Assembly (NCBI GenBank): GCA_963733195.1
Contig: CAVTCR010000050.1
Coordinates: forward strand, 64,001-128,000
From: an uncultured delta proteobacterium
GTDB taxonomy: Bacteria > Desulfobacterota > Binatia > Bin18
Length of the DNA stretch: 64,000 nt
Reading direction: 5' to 3'
Below are positions 53,736 through 64,000 of this stretch, piece after piece (position 1 is the first letter of the stretch; every line of letters starts with the position of its first letter). The notes beneath the pieces were generated by a model. That model saw nothing but the letters and a program-made list of their open reading frames with translations. It searched no databases and was not told the origin of the DNA. Position numbers and translations under genes: made by a program.

Positions 53736-55661
53736 ATGAATCTACCTGTTCTTCCTGCTCATCACTCCCTCCCCTTGAGCAAACTCCGTGCTTCTACACT
53801 GACATTTCGTTATGTCCAGCGAGCACTCAGGGTGTTCGCCCTGTTTGCTACATTGCTTGTCCCCAGAATATCCACTGCAACTGTCGTTGTGCCGGTTGCT
53901 GATACCGACATGGCTCAGCAAGCTTCTGTTATTGTTATCGGTAAGATTGCGAAATTCAAAAGCGCGTGGGACAAAAATCATCAACAGATTTATACGAAAA
54001 TCACTCTCACCGTCGACGAAGTCTTGAAAGGTAACCTGAAGAAACGCCGCCTGACCGTCACTCAATTAGGCGGGGTGGTTGACGATGTAGAATCGTGGAT
54101 AGATGGGAATCCGCAGTTCACTGAAGGTGAGAAAGTGCTGCTGTTTCTTGCTCGACACGAGAATGGAAGCCTCCGGGTACTGCATTTGTACCAGGGGAAA
54201 TTCTCGATCTTCACTGATCCCGATACCGGAGCTGAACTTGCGTACCGAGAAGCGCATCCTGAAGGTGTACAGGTGTTATCGGAAGAACGCGCACTGGAGC
54301 ATCGTTCCGCGACAGAGGCCGATAGCGGCGACGCTACCTTAGCAGACAATGGGTTCCTTCCGCTCACCGATCTGAAAACACGAATTCACAACGCCCTAAC
54401 GAATCCCACATCAGATCCTTCTCCCCAATCATCCGCTTCTTCGTCTCCTTCGTCGCAAACATCAACGCCTCTCGTCCGTGAAGAGGCTCCTTTCTCTTTG
54501 CTTGGTTCTCCCGCTGCCCGCTGGTTCCAGCCGGACAGCAACCTCCCGGTTAACATGAAGGTCAACCTTGCGCTTAGCCCGGTTGGTGCAGGTTCTGCTG
54601 TTCAAGCCGCTCTGAACGCATGGACTGGGGTTTCAGGGTCGAGTTTTAAATTTCAGAATACCGGCTCCACTGTCTCTGCCGGTATGGTCTACGATGGAGT
54701 CAATTCGATATCGTTTGGTGACCCACGCGGACAGATCTCTTTACCAAATCGGTCACTGCAGGTTCACCCAACAACGAGAAAACCCTATTGTAGCGGCGTT
54801 CTTGCCATTGGAGGCTATTTCCGCAGTGGCAGCGAGGCCGACACCAAGGTTATTAATGGCCAGAAGTACTACAAGATCATCGAAGGAGACCTGGTCTTCG
54901 CCGATGGGTGGGACGGGTGTCACAACGGGTTCGACAATTCCCTGAACCTTGCCGAAGTCACCACCCACGAACTCGGACATGTCATCGGCCTTGGGCATTC
55001 GGCTGACAGTGCAGCCACCATGTATGCCTATGCCCATTTTGATAATCGTGGAGCTTCTTTGCGCACAGACGATATCGCCGGACTGCGGGCGATCTATCCC
55101 GGAACAACTGCGGCTCCAGCCCCTGCCCCTACCTCATGCACGTACACGTTGTCCACTACAACCTTGAGTGTTGGCTCGGCGGCCAGCACGAGTAGCGTCA
55201 AGGTCACCCCATCAGCAGGAACGTGCCCCCGGACCGCAACCAGTAACGTCAGCTGGATTAGAATTACCTCCAACGTGAATGGTACCGTATCGTTTTCGAT
55301 TCAAGCGAATACCTCATCTCTGAGTCGCACAGGGACCCTTACGGTAGCCGGGAAAACAGTAACTGTGAATCAAGCTGGAGCGAATCAAGCCTCGTCATGT
55401 TCATTCACAGTGCCGACCTTCCCCATAACAACCTCCGCTCGTCAGACCTCTCTGAGTATCACGGTTCGTGCTTCTTCCAGTACCTGTAGCTGGAGTGCGT
55501 CGAGTCCTGTAAGCTGGATTACCATCTCTTCCGGCGCGTCAGCCAGGGGAACGAGGGCCGTCTCCTTCTTGATTACGGCCAATACCTCTTCCGTCGCGCG
55601 GAGCGCGACACTCACCATCGCTGGCAAACCGGTGACGATCACGCAGAGGGGCAAACTTTAG
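53736..55661 (+). CDS. secreted matrixin-family (metzincin) protease with two C-terminal BACON-like domains
   Basis: HELGHVIGLGHS plus Met-turn (ATMY); W.A.S...WI.I.....G.V...I.AN.....R...LT.AG...T..Q repeats. Confidence 0.85.
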   Translation: MNLPVLPAHHSLPLSKLRASTLTFRYVQRALRVFALFATLLVPRISTATVVVPVADTDMAQQASVIVIGKIAKFKSAWDKNHQQIYTKITLTVDEVLKGNLKKRRLTVTQLGGVVDDVESWIDGNPQFTEGEKVLLFLARHENGSLRVLHLYQGKFSIFTDPDTGAELAYREAHPEGVQVLSEERALEHRSATEADSGDATLADNGFLPLTDLKTRIHNALTNPTSDPSPQSSASSSPSSQTSTPLVREEAPFSLLGSPAARWFQPDSNLPVNMKVNLALSPVGAGSAVQAALNAWTGVSGSSFKFQNTGSTVSAGMVYDGVNSISFGDPRGQISLPNRSLQVHPTTRKPYCSGVLAIGGYFRSGSEADTKVINGQKYYKIIEGDLVFADGWDGCHNGFDNSLNLAEVTTHELGHVIGLGHSADSAATMYAYAHFDNRGASLRTDDIAGLRAIYPGTTAAPAPAPTSCTYTLSTTTLSVGSAASTSSVKVTPSAGTCPRTATSNVSWIRITSNVNGTVSFSIQANTSSLSRTGTLTVAGKTVTVNQAGANQASSCSFTVPTFPITTSARQTSLSITVRASSSTCSWSASSPVSWITISSGASARGTRAVSFLITANTSSVARSATLTIAGKPVTITQRGKL

Positions 55662-55707
55662 GAATGAACTCGTTCGCCGGAATCTGACGGCACCTCACAC
55701 TTTCTCC

Positions 55708-55739
55708 CCGGGCAGGATACCCTCCTGCCCGGTTTTTTT
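55708..55739 (+). terminator. intrinsic terminator
   Basis: CCGGGCAGGA-TACCC-TCCTGCCCGG followed by TTTTTTT. Confidence 0.85.
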
Positions 55740-55866
55740 GCTGGTCTCTCTCGCTCTCCCTTTTGTCATTCACCTTGCAAAACTTCCCCTTTGCCTGCAT
55801 TGATAGAAACTTGCACCGGACAGATAAACCTGCCACAAAGAAAAGGAGGATGATGTTAACTTTGGA

Positions 55867-56157
55867 GTGGAGACGATGCCCATGCATACGCTTTGTTATG
55901 CTCACATTCGTCGTCGATTGCGGATCGCCAGCGGTAGTCGTTGTGGCTGGACCTCTTTCACCAGTGCAGACTGGATTAGTATCGTTGAGGGAGAGAGTAG
56001 CAGTGGGAATGGCACAGTAGTGTACTCGGTTGCAACAAATACCAGTAAAAAATCCCGACGAGCACAATCAGTTATATCAGGGCAAATTCTCACCATTACA
56101 CAAAAGGGTGCTCCTGGAGCGTCGCGCAGGCGCCCATCCCCGTTTGTCCCAGCTTAG
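55867..56157 (+). pseudogene. isolated BACON-domain fragment
   Basis: CGWT..TSADWISI..G....GNGTV.YSVATN.....R....ISGQ..TITQ; no clear signal peptide. Confidence 0.5.
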
Positions 56158-56299
56158 AGCTATATCAATGCAGAGACAATTCTCGGCGGGAGAAAGAACG
56201 GTACAACCTGTCATGCCCGCCCTTCAACTGGGCTCAGGATAAACTCCGGCGGGCATCTAGAAAAAGGGTGTAGCGATACCTTGTAGGGGAATACTATCA

Positions 56300-56758
56300 G
56301 TGGCTTCCAAACGCTCGATGGCCTCGCTTATGGCGTTATGGATGTGGAGCGCGTGCGGATCAAGCACAACGTTGCCGCAGGTCACGCTGTTTCCCCAACA
56401 GGGCGGTCCTGTCCGTGTTTCAGTGGAAATCGCCAACACCGAAGAGAAGCGTCAATTTGGTTTGATGTACCGAACCGACCTCCCAGAAATGCAGGGAATG
56501 CTGTTCCTCTTTCCTCGGGAGGAACTGCTGTCCTTCTGGATGAAAAACACGCCCCGATCGCTCGATATTATTTATATCAACTCGGCACACACAATCGTGA
56601 GCATTGCTCGCAACACGACGCCGTTTTCCGAGGAGCACTTGCCCTCAGGAAAACCGGCGCAGTTTGTGCTCGAAGTCAACGCAGGGTTCTGTGAGAGGCA
56701 TGGGGTCATTGAAGGAGACCGGATCGAGTTTTCTAAAGACCTCCCTCCAGTTCGATGA
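56300..56758 (+). CDS. DUF192 family protein
   Basis: VEIA.T...R..GLMYR, GMLF.F, FWMKNT...LDII, VLEVNAG. Confidence 0.9.
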   Translation: MASKRSMASLMALWMWSACGSSTTLPQVTLFPQQGGPVRVSVEIANTEEKRQFGLMYRTDLPEMQGMLFLFPREELLSFWMKNTPRSLDIIYINSAHTIVSIARNTTPFSEEHLPSGKPAQFVLEVNAGFCERHGVIEGDRIEFSKDLPPVR

Positions 56759-56779
56759 CCGTCAACTCGGCGGTGCCGA

Positions 56780-58814
56780 TTACGCGCTCGCTCGCTCTAC
56801 AAGCTCGACAATATTCAGTAGCTCAACTTTCTCGTCCACGCCTTTGGCTTTCAACCCATCAGTAAGCATGGTCGTGCAGAACGGACACGAAACAGCAACG
56901 ACATCGGGGTTCGTCTCTAATGCTTGGGCAACACGCAATTGATTGACACGTTTGTCGCGCGGCTCTTCCATCCACATCCAGCCACCACCAGCACCACAAC
57001 ACATCGCGTTGTTACGGCTCCGCTCCATTTCCTGTAGCTGCGCTCCCGGAATCTTGCCCAGAATTTCACGTGGCGATTCGTAAATATCATTATAACGTCC
57101 GTAGTAGCAGGAATCGTGATAAGTGATGCGTTTCCCTACGTATTCCTTCATCGGGATCTTACCGCTGCTAATGAGTTGATTTAGTAAGTCAGCTGCGTGC
57201 ACCACCTCGTAGTTTCCACCAAATTGCGGGAATTCATTTTTGATCGTGTTAAAACAGTGCGGGCAGTTCACAATAACCTTTTTCACCGAGTACTGATTAA
57301 ACGTTTCAATCGCCATCTGTGCCATACTTTGGTACAGATATTCATTGCCTAACCTTCGTACCGTTTCGCCGTTACATGGCTCCTCTGGCCCCAACACGGC
57401 GAAGTTCACCCCTGCTTTCTGCAGAAGTTTGGCAAATGACGCAGTCGTTTTCTTGTTGCGATCATCGAACGCGCCAGCGCATCCTACGTAATAGAGGTAC
57501 TCGACATCCGGCTTCTCAGCCATGAGTGGGACCTCGAGACCTTCGGCCCAATCCATCCGCTTTTCGGCACTCAATCCCCATGGGTTGCCTTGCGTCTCCA
57601 TACCCTTGAACGTCCGTGTCAACTCAGTCGGGAAGCGTGCTTCTTCCTGTACCAGATGGCGACGCATATCGACGATCTTGTCTACATATTCGATCATCAC
57701 CGGGCACGCATCTTCGCACGCACGGCAGGTGGTGCAGGACCACAACACATCATCGTGAATCAGCCGCTCACCAACAATATTCTCCCCAACTTCCCCTTCT
57801 TTCTTGGTCAGTCGCTTGTCGATCATTTCGCCTTGGTGTTCATAGAGATAATCGCGCAAGATCAAGCAGCAGTTGGCGCGGCGCGAGCGGCTTGCCACTG
57901 GCAGTGGCAGGACATTGTGAGGAACAGCGTCCACATTCAGTACAACTATACATATCGAGCATCTGTTTCCAGTCTAAATTGATCGATGCGCGAGGTACCA
58001 AACTGTTCAGAGTTTTCCAGATCCATCTTGCTTAAGGCACCGGTAGGTTCGAGCTTGCGGAAGAAGACATTCGGCAGGCCGGTAATAATATGAAAATGCT
58101 TTGAGAGTGGGAGCAGGTTGAGAAAGACCAGAACAACCAGGTTGTGAATCCACCAGGCGGCATTACTAATAAAGAGAGCACTGTTGCTACCAAAAGCTGA
58201 CAGCACCCAACCAACTATCCGCCCGATTGGCTGCCAGGGACGTTCCGCTTCGATAATAGGGTCGCCCGCAAGCGCCACAAGACGACCACCATCGTACAGT
58301 AAACCAGTCAACATAATGGTCGAGATAAAGGAGAGAATCAGAATCGCTTCCCAGTGTGACTGTCCGGCTAAGCGGTCTTCTGCTGGGCGGAAACCAAACA
58401 GTCGCTGCGGATGCGCGACGAGCCAGCGATACAGCGCCAGACCAACCGCACCAGCACAGAAATTTCGAGAAGGTCACGTAAGAGAGAGAACGGGCCACCA
58501 AGTAAACCAGGACTAAACCCTGGCACAAAGAAATGATCAGAAAACGCTCGACCGAACATCGTCGTGATCTGCAAGCCAAGAATCACAAAGCCCCAGAAGA
58601 TGACGATATGCATCCAGCCTGCGGGCTGTTCACCGGTCACGAACTTCTTTTGCCCAAAGCCATAGACAAGGAGTTCCTTAATGCGGTCACCGACACGATC
58701 AAAACGGTTGACTGGGGTCGCCGCTTGCAACAGCCGAAACCGGTCATACAAGGTGTTAGCAAAGAAACCTAGAGCAACCAGCACGACAAGAATAAAGACC
58801 ACAAGTGACATCAC
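56780..58814 (-). CDS. membrane-bound (Fe-S)/CCG oxidoreductase (FadF/HdrD-like), several frameshifts
   Basis: TM N-terminus, SKHFHI, CTTCRACEDACP, CCG domains (NCPHC, HDSC, CCGAGGG, SCPFC). Confidence 0.85.
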
Positions 58815-59040
58815 GCCGTCCTTCTCTCTCCCTTTTAGAGACCGGTCCCACCAGGACCGTATAGCTTTGGCTATCTTAGGATGCCTCCTCTTGTACTGTT
58901 GTCAACGGCAGGGACATGTCCGATACAAACTGGCTTGGTAACGATAAGAAATAGCCACCTTCCTTGCTATTTTTCAACCTCCATATTACAAGATCGAGAT
59001 CATCGAACTCGGCTCAGCCGGGCTATCAGGACACAATACT

Positions 59041-60592
59041 ATGGGGCTGCAGGAAAATTTACAGGAACTAGCGCGTCGCAATGAAGAAGCTCTCCTCGCC
59101 GGAGGAGCAGATAAAATCAAGAAGCAGCATGAAATGGGTAAACTCACGGCCCGCGAGCGGGCGGAGCTGTTGCTCGACTCTGGCACCTTCGTCGAGTTGG
59201 ACCGCTTCAAAACCCACCGTTCGACTGACTTCGGGATGGACAAGAAGAAAATCCCTGGCGATGGGGTTGTCACTGGTTACGGTAACGTCGATGGACGCCA
59301 GGTTTTCGTTTTCTCTCAGGATTTCACGGTGTTTGGTGGGAGTCTTTCCGGTGCGTTCTCAGAAAAAGTATGCAAAGTTATGGATCTGGCGATGAAAACT
59401 GGCTGCCCAGTCGTCGGCATTAATGACTCTGGTGGTGCGCGTATTCAAGAAGGAGTTGTCAGTCTTGCAGGGTACGGTGACATCTTTCTGCGTAATGTCC
59501 TGGCTTCCGGTGTTGTCCCGCAGATCTCAGCCATTATGGGCCCGTGCGCTGGTGGCGCGGTCTACTCTCCAGCTATGACCGACTTTATCTTCATGGTGGA
59601 AAATTCCAGCTACATGTTCATTACTGGTCCGGATGTGATTAAGACCGTGACCCACGAAGAAGTGACCATGCAGCAACTCGGTGGAGCGGACACACATAAC
59701 GGACGTAGCGGTGTCGCCCATTTCTCCTCACCGAATGAACGTGAAAGTCTGCACACTATTCGTGAGTTATTGAGCTTCCTGCCCAGCAATAATATGGAAG
59801 ATCCACCGGTTCGGCCCACGAATGATGATCCCAATCGTCGTGACGAGAAATTGAACTCGCTGATTCCCGATAACGCTAATCGTCCCTATGACATTAAAGA
59901 GTTGATCAAGGGCATTGCTGACGAAGGGTATTTCCTCGAAGTGCAGAAGGATTTTGCCCGCAACATTGTGGTCGGCTTCGCCCGCCTTGGCGGACGCCCA
60001 GTTGGTATCGTCGCTAATCAACCCGGGTTCCTAGCCGGTGTGCTGGACATTGACGCTTCAACGAAAGGCGGACGCTTTGTTCGCTTCTGCGATTGTTTCA
60101 ACCTTCCAATTGTCACGTTCGTTGATGTTCCTGGCTTTCTGCCTGGCACCTCACAAGAGTATGGCGGTATCATTCGTCATGGCGCGAAGTTACTCTATGC
60201 GTATTGCGAAGCCACAGTCCCCAAAATCTGTATCATCACTCGCAAAGCCTACGGCGGGGCATACGTGGTCATGTCGAGTAAAGTCATTCGTGGTGACGTG
60301 AACCTCGCGTATCCCACGGCAGAGATCGCAGTGATGGGACCAGAGGGAGCCGTCAATATTATTTTCCGTGAAGCACTGCAGAAGGCAAAAGATGCGCAGG
60401 CAGAACGAGAACGTCTCATTGCTGATTACCGCAAGACGTTTGCTAATCCGTTTAAGGCCGCTGAGCTTGGCTACATTGATGAGATCATCATGCCAGCGGA
60501 TACACGTCTCGCATCTGATTCGTTCTTTGAGCTTGTTACAGAACAAACGAGAAAAGAATCCACCCAAGAAGCATGGGAATATACCGCTGTAG
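59041..60592 (+). CDS. acyl-CoA carboxylase carboxyltransferase subunit (PccB-like), frameshift near 60510
   Basis: [38 protein letters not shown]; the real end [11 protein letters not shown] is in another frame. Confidence 0.92.
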
Positions 60593-60682
60593 TCAGTAAC
60601 CAGTAGTCAGTAGCCAGTAGAGAGACAGAAATACCACTTCTCAGGAACTGACAACTGAGAACTGACAACTAGGAACTGAGTT

Positions 60683-62173
60683 ATGTTCAAACGTGTTCTA
60701 ATCGCCAACCGCGGGGAAATTGCTGTTCGCGTCATTCGCGCGTGCCGTGAACTTGGGGTTGAAACGGTTGCGGTGTACTCTGATGCCGACCGTTCAGCAC
60801 TACATGTGCAGTACGCTGATTATGCGGTCCACATCGGACCTTCCCCATCAGCCGAGAGTTATTTGGTAATCCCGAAGATCATCGAAGCCGCAAAGAAAAC
60901 CGGCACTGAGGCAATCCATCCAGGCTACGGTTTTCTCTCCGAACGTGCACCGTTTGCGCGTGCCTGTAAAGAAGCAGACATTATCTTCATTGGGCCAACG
61001 CCTGAGGCCATCGAAAAAATGGGCGATAAAGTCACGGCTCGCCAGCTCATGCAAAAAGCCGGCGTTCCGGTTGTTCCAGGAACTGATGTCTTGGGCAGTG
61101 AGGACGAAGTCATCAAAGCTGCAGAACGCATCGGCTTTCCCGTGATGTTCAAAGCCTCGGCTGGTGGTGGTGGTAAAGGTATGCGCCTTGTCCACGGCAA
61201 AGACGAAGTGGTCTCTGCGTTACGCGGCGTACGCTCGGAAGCGAAGTCCTCCTTTGGCGACGACCGCATGTACATGGAAAAATTTGTCGAGAAACCACGC
61301 CATGTTGAAGTCCAGGTCATGGGAGACTCGTACGGCAACATCATTCACCTCTACGAACGCGAATGCTCATTGCAACGCCGCCATCAAAAAGTAATAGAAG
61401 AGTCACCATCGATGGCGATCAACCAAAAAGTGCGCGAAGAAATGGGCCGTGTCGCGGTCGAAGCGGCAAAAGCCGTCAACTATGTGGGCGCTGGCACTAT
61501 TGAGTTCCTGGTTGATCCAAAACAAAATTTCTACTTCCTGGAAATGAACACCCGTATCCAGGTCGAACATCCTGTAACAGAACTCGTGACAGGGGTTGAT
61601 CTGGTCAAGTTACAGATCGAGATCGCGGCTGGAGAACGAATGACACTTCAGCAGAAGGATGTGCAGCAACGCGGATGGGCAGTCGAGTGCCGCATCTATG
61701 CGGAAGATCCGAGCCGGGAGTTCTTTCCTTCTCCGGGCAAGATCGAGATCTTGCGGATACCTGGTGGCAATGGCATCCGGGACGACAGCGGTGTGTACGA
61801 AGGTTGGGATGTCCCAATCTATTACGATCCGATGATCTCTAAGCTCTGTGCCTATGGTCGTACGCGGACTGAGGCGATTCAACGCATGCTGCGTGCGCTC
61901 CAGGAATACACCGTCGAAGGGATTATCACCAATATTCCGTTCCATCGCTGGGCGCTGAAGCACCCGCGGTTTATTGCTGGCGACCTCGACACCGGATTTA
62001 TCCCGCAAGAGTTCAAAGGGTTACCGTTCGACGAAGATGCCCTACACCAAGAAGTCATTCTGGCAGCTGCCGCCTTGGATGCGTATCACAAAGACCAGGC
62101 ATTGGCTGGCGCAGTACAGTCAGGTGGAACTCGCGGCGGCATGTCCGCTTGGCGGGGCAGCGGATGGAGATAA
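60683..62173 (+). CDS. accC: biotin carboxylase subunit
   Basis: LIANRGEIA, HPGYGFLSE, GGGGKGMR, RECSLQRRHQK, EMNTRIQVEH. Confidence 0.93.
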   Translation: MFKRVLIANRGEIAVRVIRACRELGVETVAVYSDADRSALHVQYADYAVHIGPSPSAESYLVIPKIIEAAKKTGTEAIHPGYGFLSERAPFARACKEADIIFIGPTPEAIEKMGDKVTARQLMQKAGVPVVPGTDVLGSEDEVIKAAERIGFPVMFKASAGGGGKGMRLVHGKDEVVSALRGVRSEAKSSFGDDRMYMEKFVEKPRHVEVQVMGDSYGNIIHLYERECSLQRRHQKVIEESPSMAINQKVREEMGRVAVEAAKAVNYVGAGTIEFLVDPKQNFYFLEMNTRIQVEHPVTELVTGVDLVKLQIEIAAGERMTLQQKDVQQRGWAVECRIYAEDPSREFFPSPGKIEILRIPGGNGIRDDSGVYEGWDVPIYYDPMISKLCAYGRTRTEAIQRMLRALQEYTVEGIITNIPFHRWALKHPRFIAGDLDTGFIPQEFKGLPFDEDALHQEVILAAAALDAYHKDQALAGAVQSGGTRGGMSAWRGSGWR

Positions 62174-62291
62174 AAAAGTGAAGAATTAAAAATTAAGAGT
62201 GAAGAATGATAATAGGAACAAAACTTACCTTGTAATTTTTCATTCTTAACTTCTTCACTCTTAATTTTTTATTGTTCCGAAGGAACAACAC

Positions 62292-62798
62292 ATGGCTTAC
62301 ATCGTGACGCTCGACGAAAAGACGCACAAGATCGAAGTGCAAGAACTGGAAAAGGATCACCTCTACCGCATTGTGATTGACGGCAACGAGCACATCATCG
62401 ATGGGCGGAAGTTGACGGGACACATTTACTCGCTGATCAAGGACAACCGCTCGTTTACAGTTGATGTCTCGGCCAAGGACGACCAGTATACTGTCGCGTG
62501 CGAGGGAAAAAGCGTTCAGCTCAGACTCCTTGACGAACGTCGTGCCTCACGACCAGGAGAAGGCAGTGGCTCGGATCGTGGAGGAGGTAAACAGATTCGC
62601 TCCTTCATGCCAGGGAAAGTCGTGGACGTCCTCGTCAAAGTCGGTGACGAGGTTGCAAAAGATCAGGGACTAGTCATCATTGAAGCGATGAAAATGGAAA
62701 ATGAGCTGCGGTCTACAGCCGCTGGCAAAGTGAAAGAGATTCGCGTTTCTGCCGGACAGGCCGTCGAGTCTGGCGAACTGCTCATCGAGTTGGAGTAG
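62292..62798 (+). CDS. biotin carboxyl carrier protein
   Basis: MPGKV, EAMKMENE. Confidence 0.92.
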   Translation: MAYIVTLDEKTHKIEVQELEKDHLYRIVIDGNEHIIDGRKLTGHIYSLIKDNRSFTVDVSAKDDQYTVACEGKSVQLRLLDERRASRPGEGSGSDRGGGKQIRSFMPGKVVDVLVKVGDEVAKDQGLVIIEAMKMENELRSTAAGKVKEIRVSAGQAVESGELLIELE

Positions 62799-62895
62799 CG
62801 CGACCTCCAACTTTCCTTTACCTTGTCACCCTGAGTACAGCGAAGGGTCTCTCTGCTCTCACAAGAGATTCTTCGTTGCACTCAGAATGACATCA

Positions 62896-64000
62896 ATGGA
62901 AACATTCTCCTCCGCCGAACAGCAACAACTCGCTCCGTTTTTCACCAATTTGACTGACCCTGTCTTTGGGTTGAAGCTCCCGCAAGAAGTTGCTGGTGCC
63001 CTCTTCTCTCGTTACAGCCGCTCAAACAAGAGCCTGCGACGGATTTTTCTCGATGAATTCCTCGGCAACTTTGATCCCTCGTTAAACGTTGCTGGCCAAA
63101 ACTCACTTTCAGCAGAAGAACAAAACGCAGCTCTCAAGAAAGCGCGTGAGTTCTACGACCGGGTTCTGGTCGGCTATGGTGATGATTCGGTCGCGCAGCT
63201 CGGCGGAGCACACGTTGCTTGCGAGAACATCTCCAACGTCGCCGCCAAATTTCTCGAAGACGCCCGTATCGGTATCGCTCCGCTAGAGAAATCAACCCGC
63301 TACGTCCGGTTCGACAGCAAAGATGCTCGCGGTGAATATTTTTTCTACAAAGAGCCCCGCCTGATGGCGTCACCGTATCGAGACAACTACTTGGCGGTGA
63401 TGAATCTGTTGTTTGAGGCCTACGCCGCGCAAATCGAACCGATGATCGAGTTCGTTCGCCACAGTTTACCCATTGAGACGGTCGAGTGGAAACATCCACA
63501 AACTGGCGACCCGTTAACATATAAAGATGCTGCCAAAGATGAACAACTGCGCAAATGGGCGGAGACAGCGTACCGCTCAACAGTGCGTGCACAGGCATGT
63601 GACATTTTGCGTTCGTACTTACCCGCCGCGACACTGACCAATGTTGGTATCTTCGGCGTCGGTCAAGCCTTCGAGCATCTGCTCAATAAATCGTACTCGC
63701 ATGAACTTACCGAGATGCGTGACCTTAGTGCTGGTATGCATACTGCTCTCAATATGCTCATTCCCTCATTCGTCAAACGCGCACGTCGGAGTGAGTATAC
63801 GACTGAGACTTTTGCTGCTATTCGCACACGTTCTGCTCAACTTGTCACTTCAATAACCCCTACTCAAAGCGATCCGGTGACCCTCGTTGACTATGACTCT
63901 GCAGCAGAAGAAAACATTCTAGCTGCCATACTCTATCCACATACACAACATCCACTAAACCATCTCAAGATACTTGTTCGTCAGTTGAACGCCAAACAGC
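62896..64000 (+). CDS. thyX: FAD-dependent thymidylate synthase (long tandem-domain ThyX), runs off the window end
   Basis: Manual translation METFSS...FFTN...GALFSRYSRS.KSLR...FYDRVLVGYGDDSVAQLGG...LEKSTRYV...CDILRSYLPAATLTNVG. Confidence 0.82.
   Translation, partial: METFSSAEQQQLAPFFTNLTDPVFGLKLPQEVAGALFSRYSRSNKSLRRIFLDEFLGNFDPSLNVAGQNSLSAEEQNAALKKAREFYDRVLVGYGDDSVAQLGGAHVACENISNVAAKFLEDARIGIAPLEKSTRYVRFDSKDARGEYFFYKEPRLMASPYRDNYLAVMNLLFEAYAAQIEPMIEFVRHSLPIETVEWKHPQTGDPLTYKDAAKDEQLRKWAETAYRSTVRAQACDILRSYLPAATLTNVGIFGVGQAFEHLLNKSYSHELTEMRDLSAGMHTALNMLIPSFVKRARRSEYTTETFAAIRTRSAQLVTSITPTQSDPVTLVDYDSAAEENILAAILYPHTQHPLNHLKILVRQLNAKQ

Noticed and set aside
58860-58876. ATAGCTTTGGCTAT as another guide target
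   Set aside because: Needs a gap within the seed and lacks the GCCT flank; chance-level similarity

Overview
Bacterial chromosomal window of about 55% GC. The gene content resembles Deltaproteobacteria/Binatia-type organisms (inference only). It is mostly housekeeping and metabolic: gdhA, cmoA, lipA/lipB/lpdA/E2, rnhB, hflX, dnaE, guaAB, metF, an acyl-CoA carboxylase and thyX. Many conserved genes carry single-base frameshifts, probably long-read indel errors. The standout is an accessory block at about 30.4-43.2 kb. It holds two paralogous DUF1302-like outer-membrane protein genes, a divergent wHTH-AAA-TPR regulator, and a nuclease-dead, truncated Cas12m-like (type V-M/TnpB lineage) gene. 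The 3' end of that gene contains one Cas12m-style CRISPR repeat (42681-42717). The 12 nt after the repeat match exactly the -10 region of the predicted sigma70 promoter of the other paralog (30479-30490). This suggests an RNA-guided repressor that switches between surface-protein paralogs. Other notable items: an unannotated UxxC ArsC-family selenoprotein with a SECIS-like hairpin; a c-di-GMP-I riboswitch ahead of a matrixin-BACON protease; an IS4/IS50-like element in a REP hairpin with an inverted 9-bp flank; a diiron protein/HMG-CoA reductase/lipid kinase operon; and many inverted heptamer arrays, some in-frame inside a gene. All family assignments come from motif recognition by eye, not database searches.
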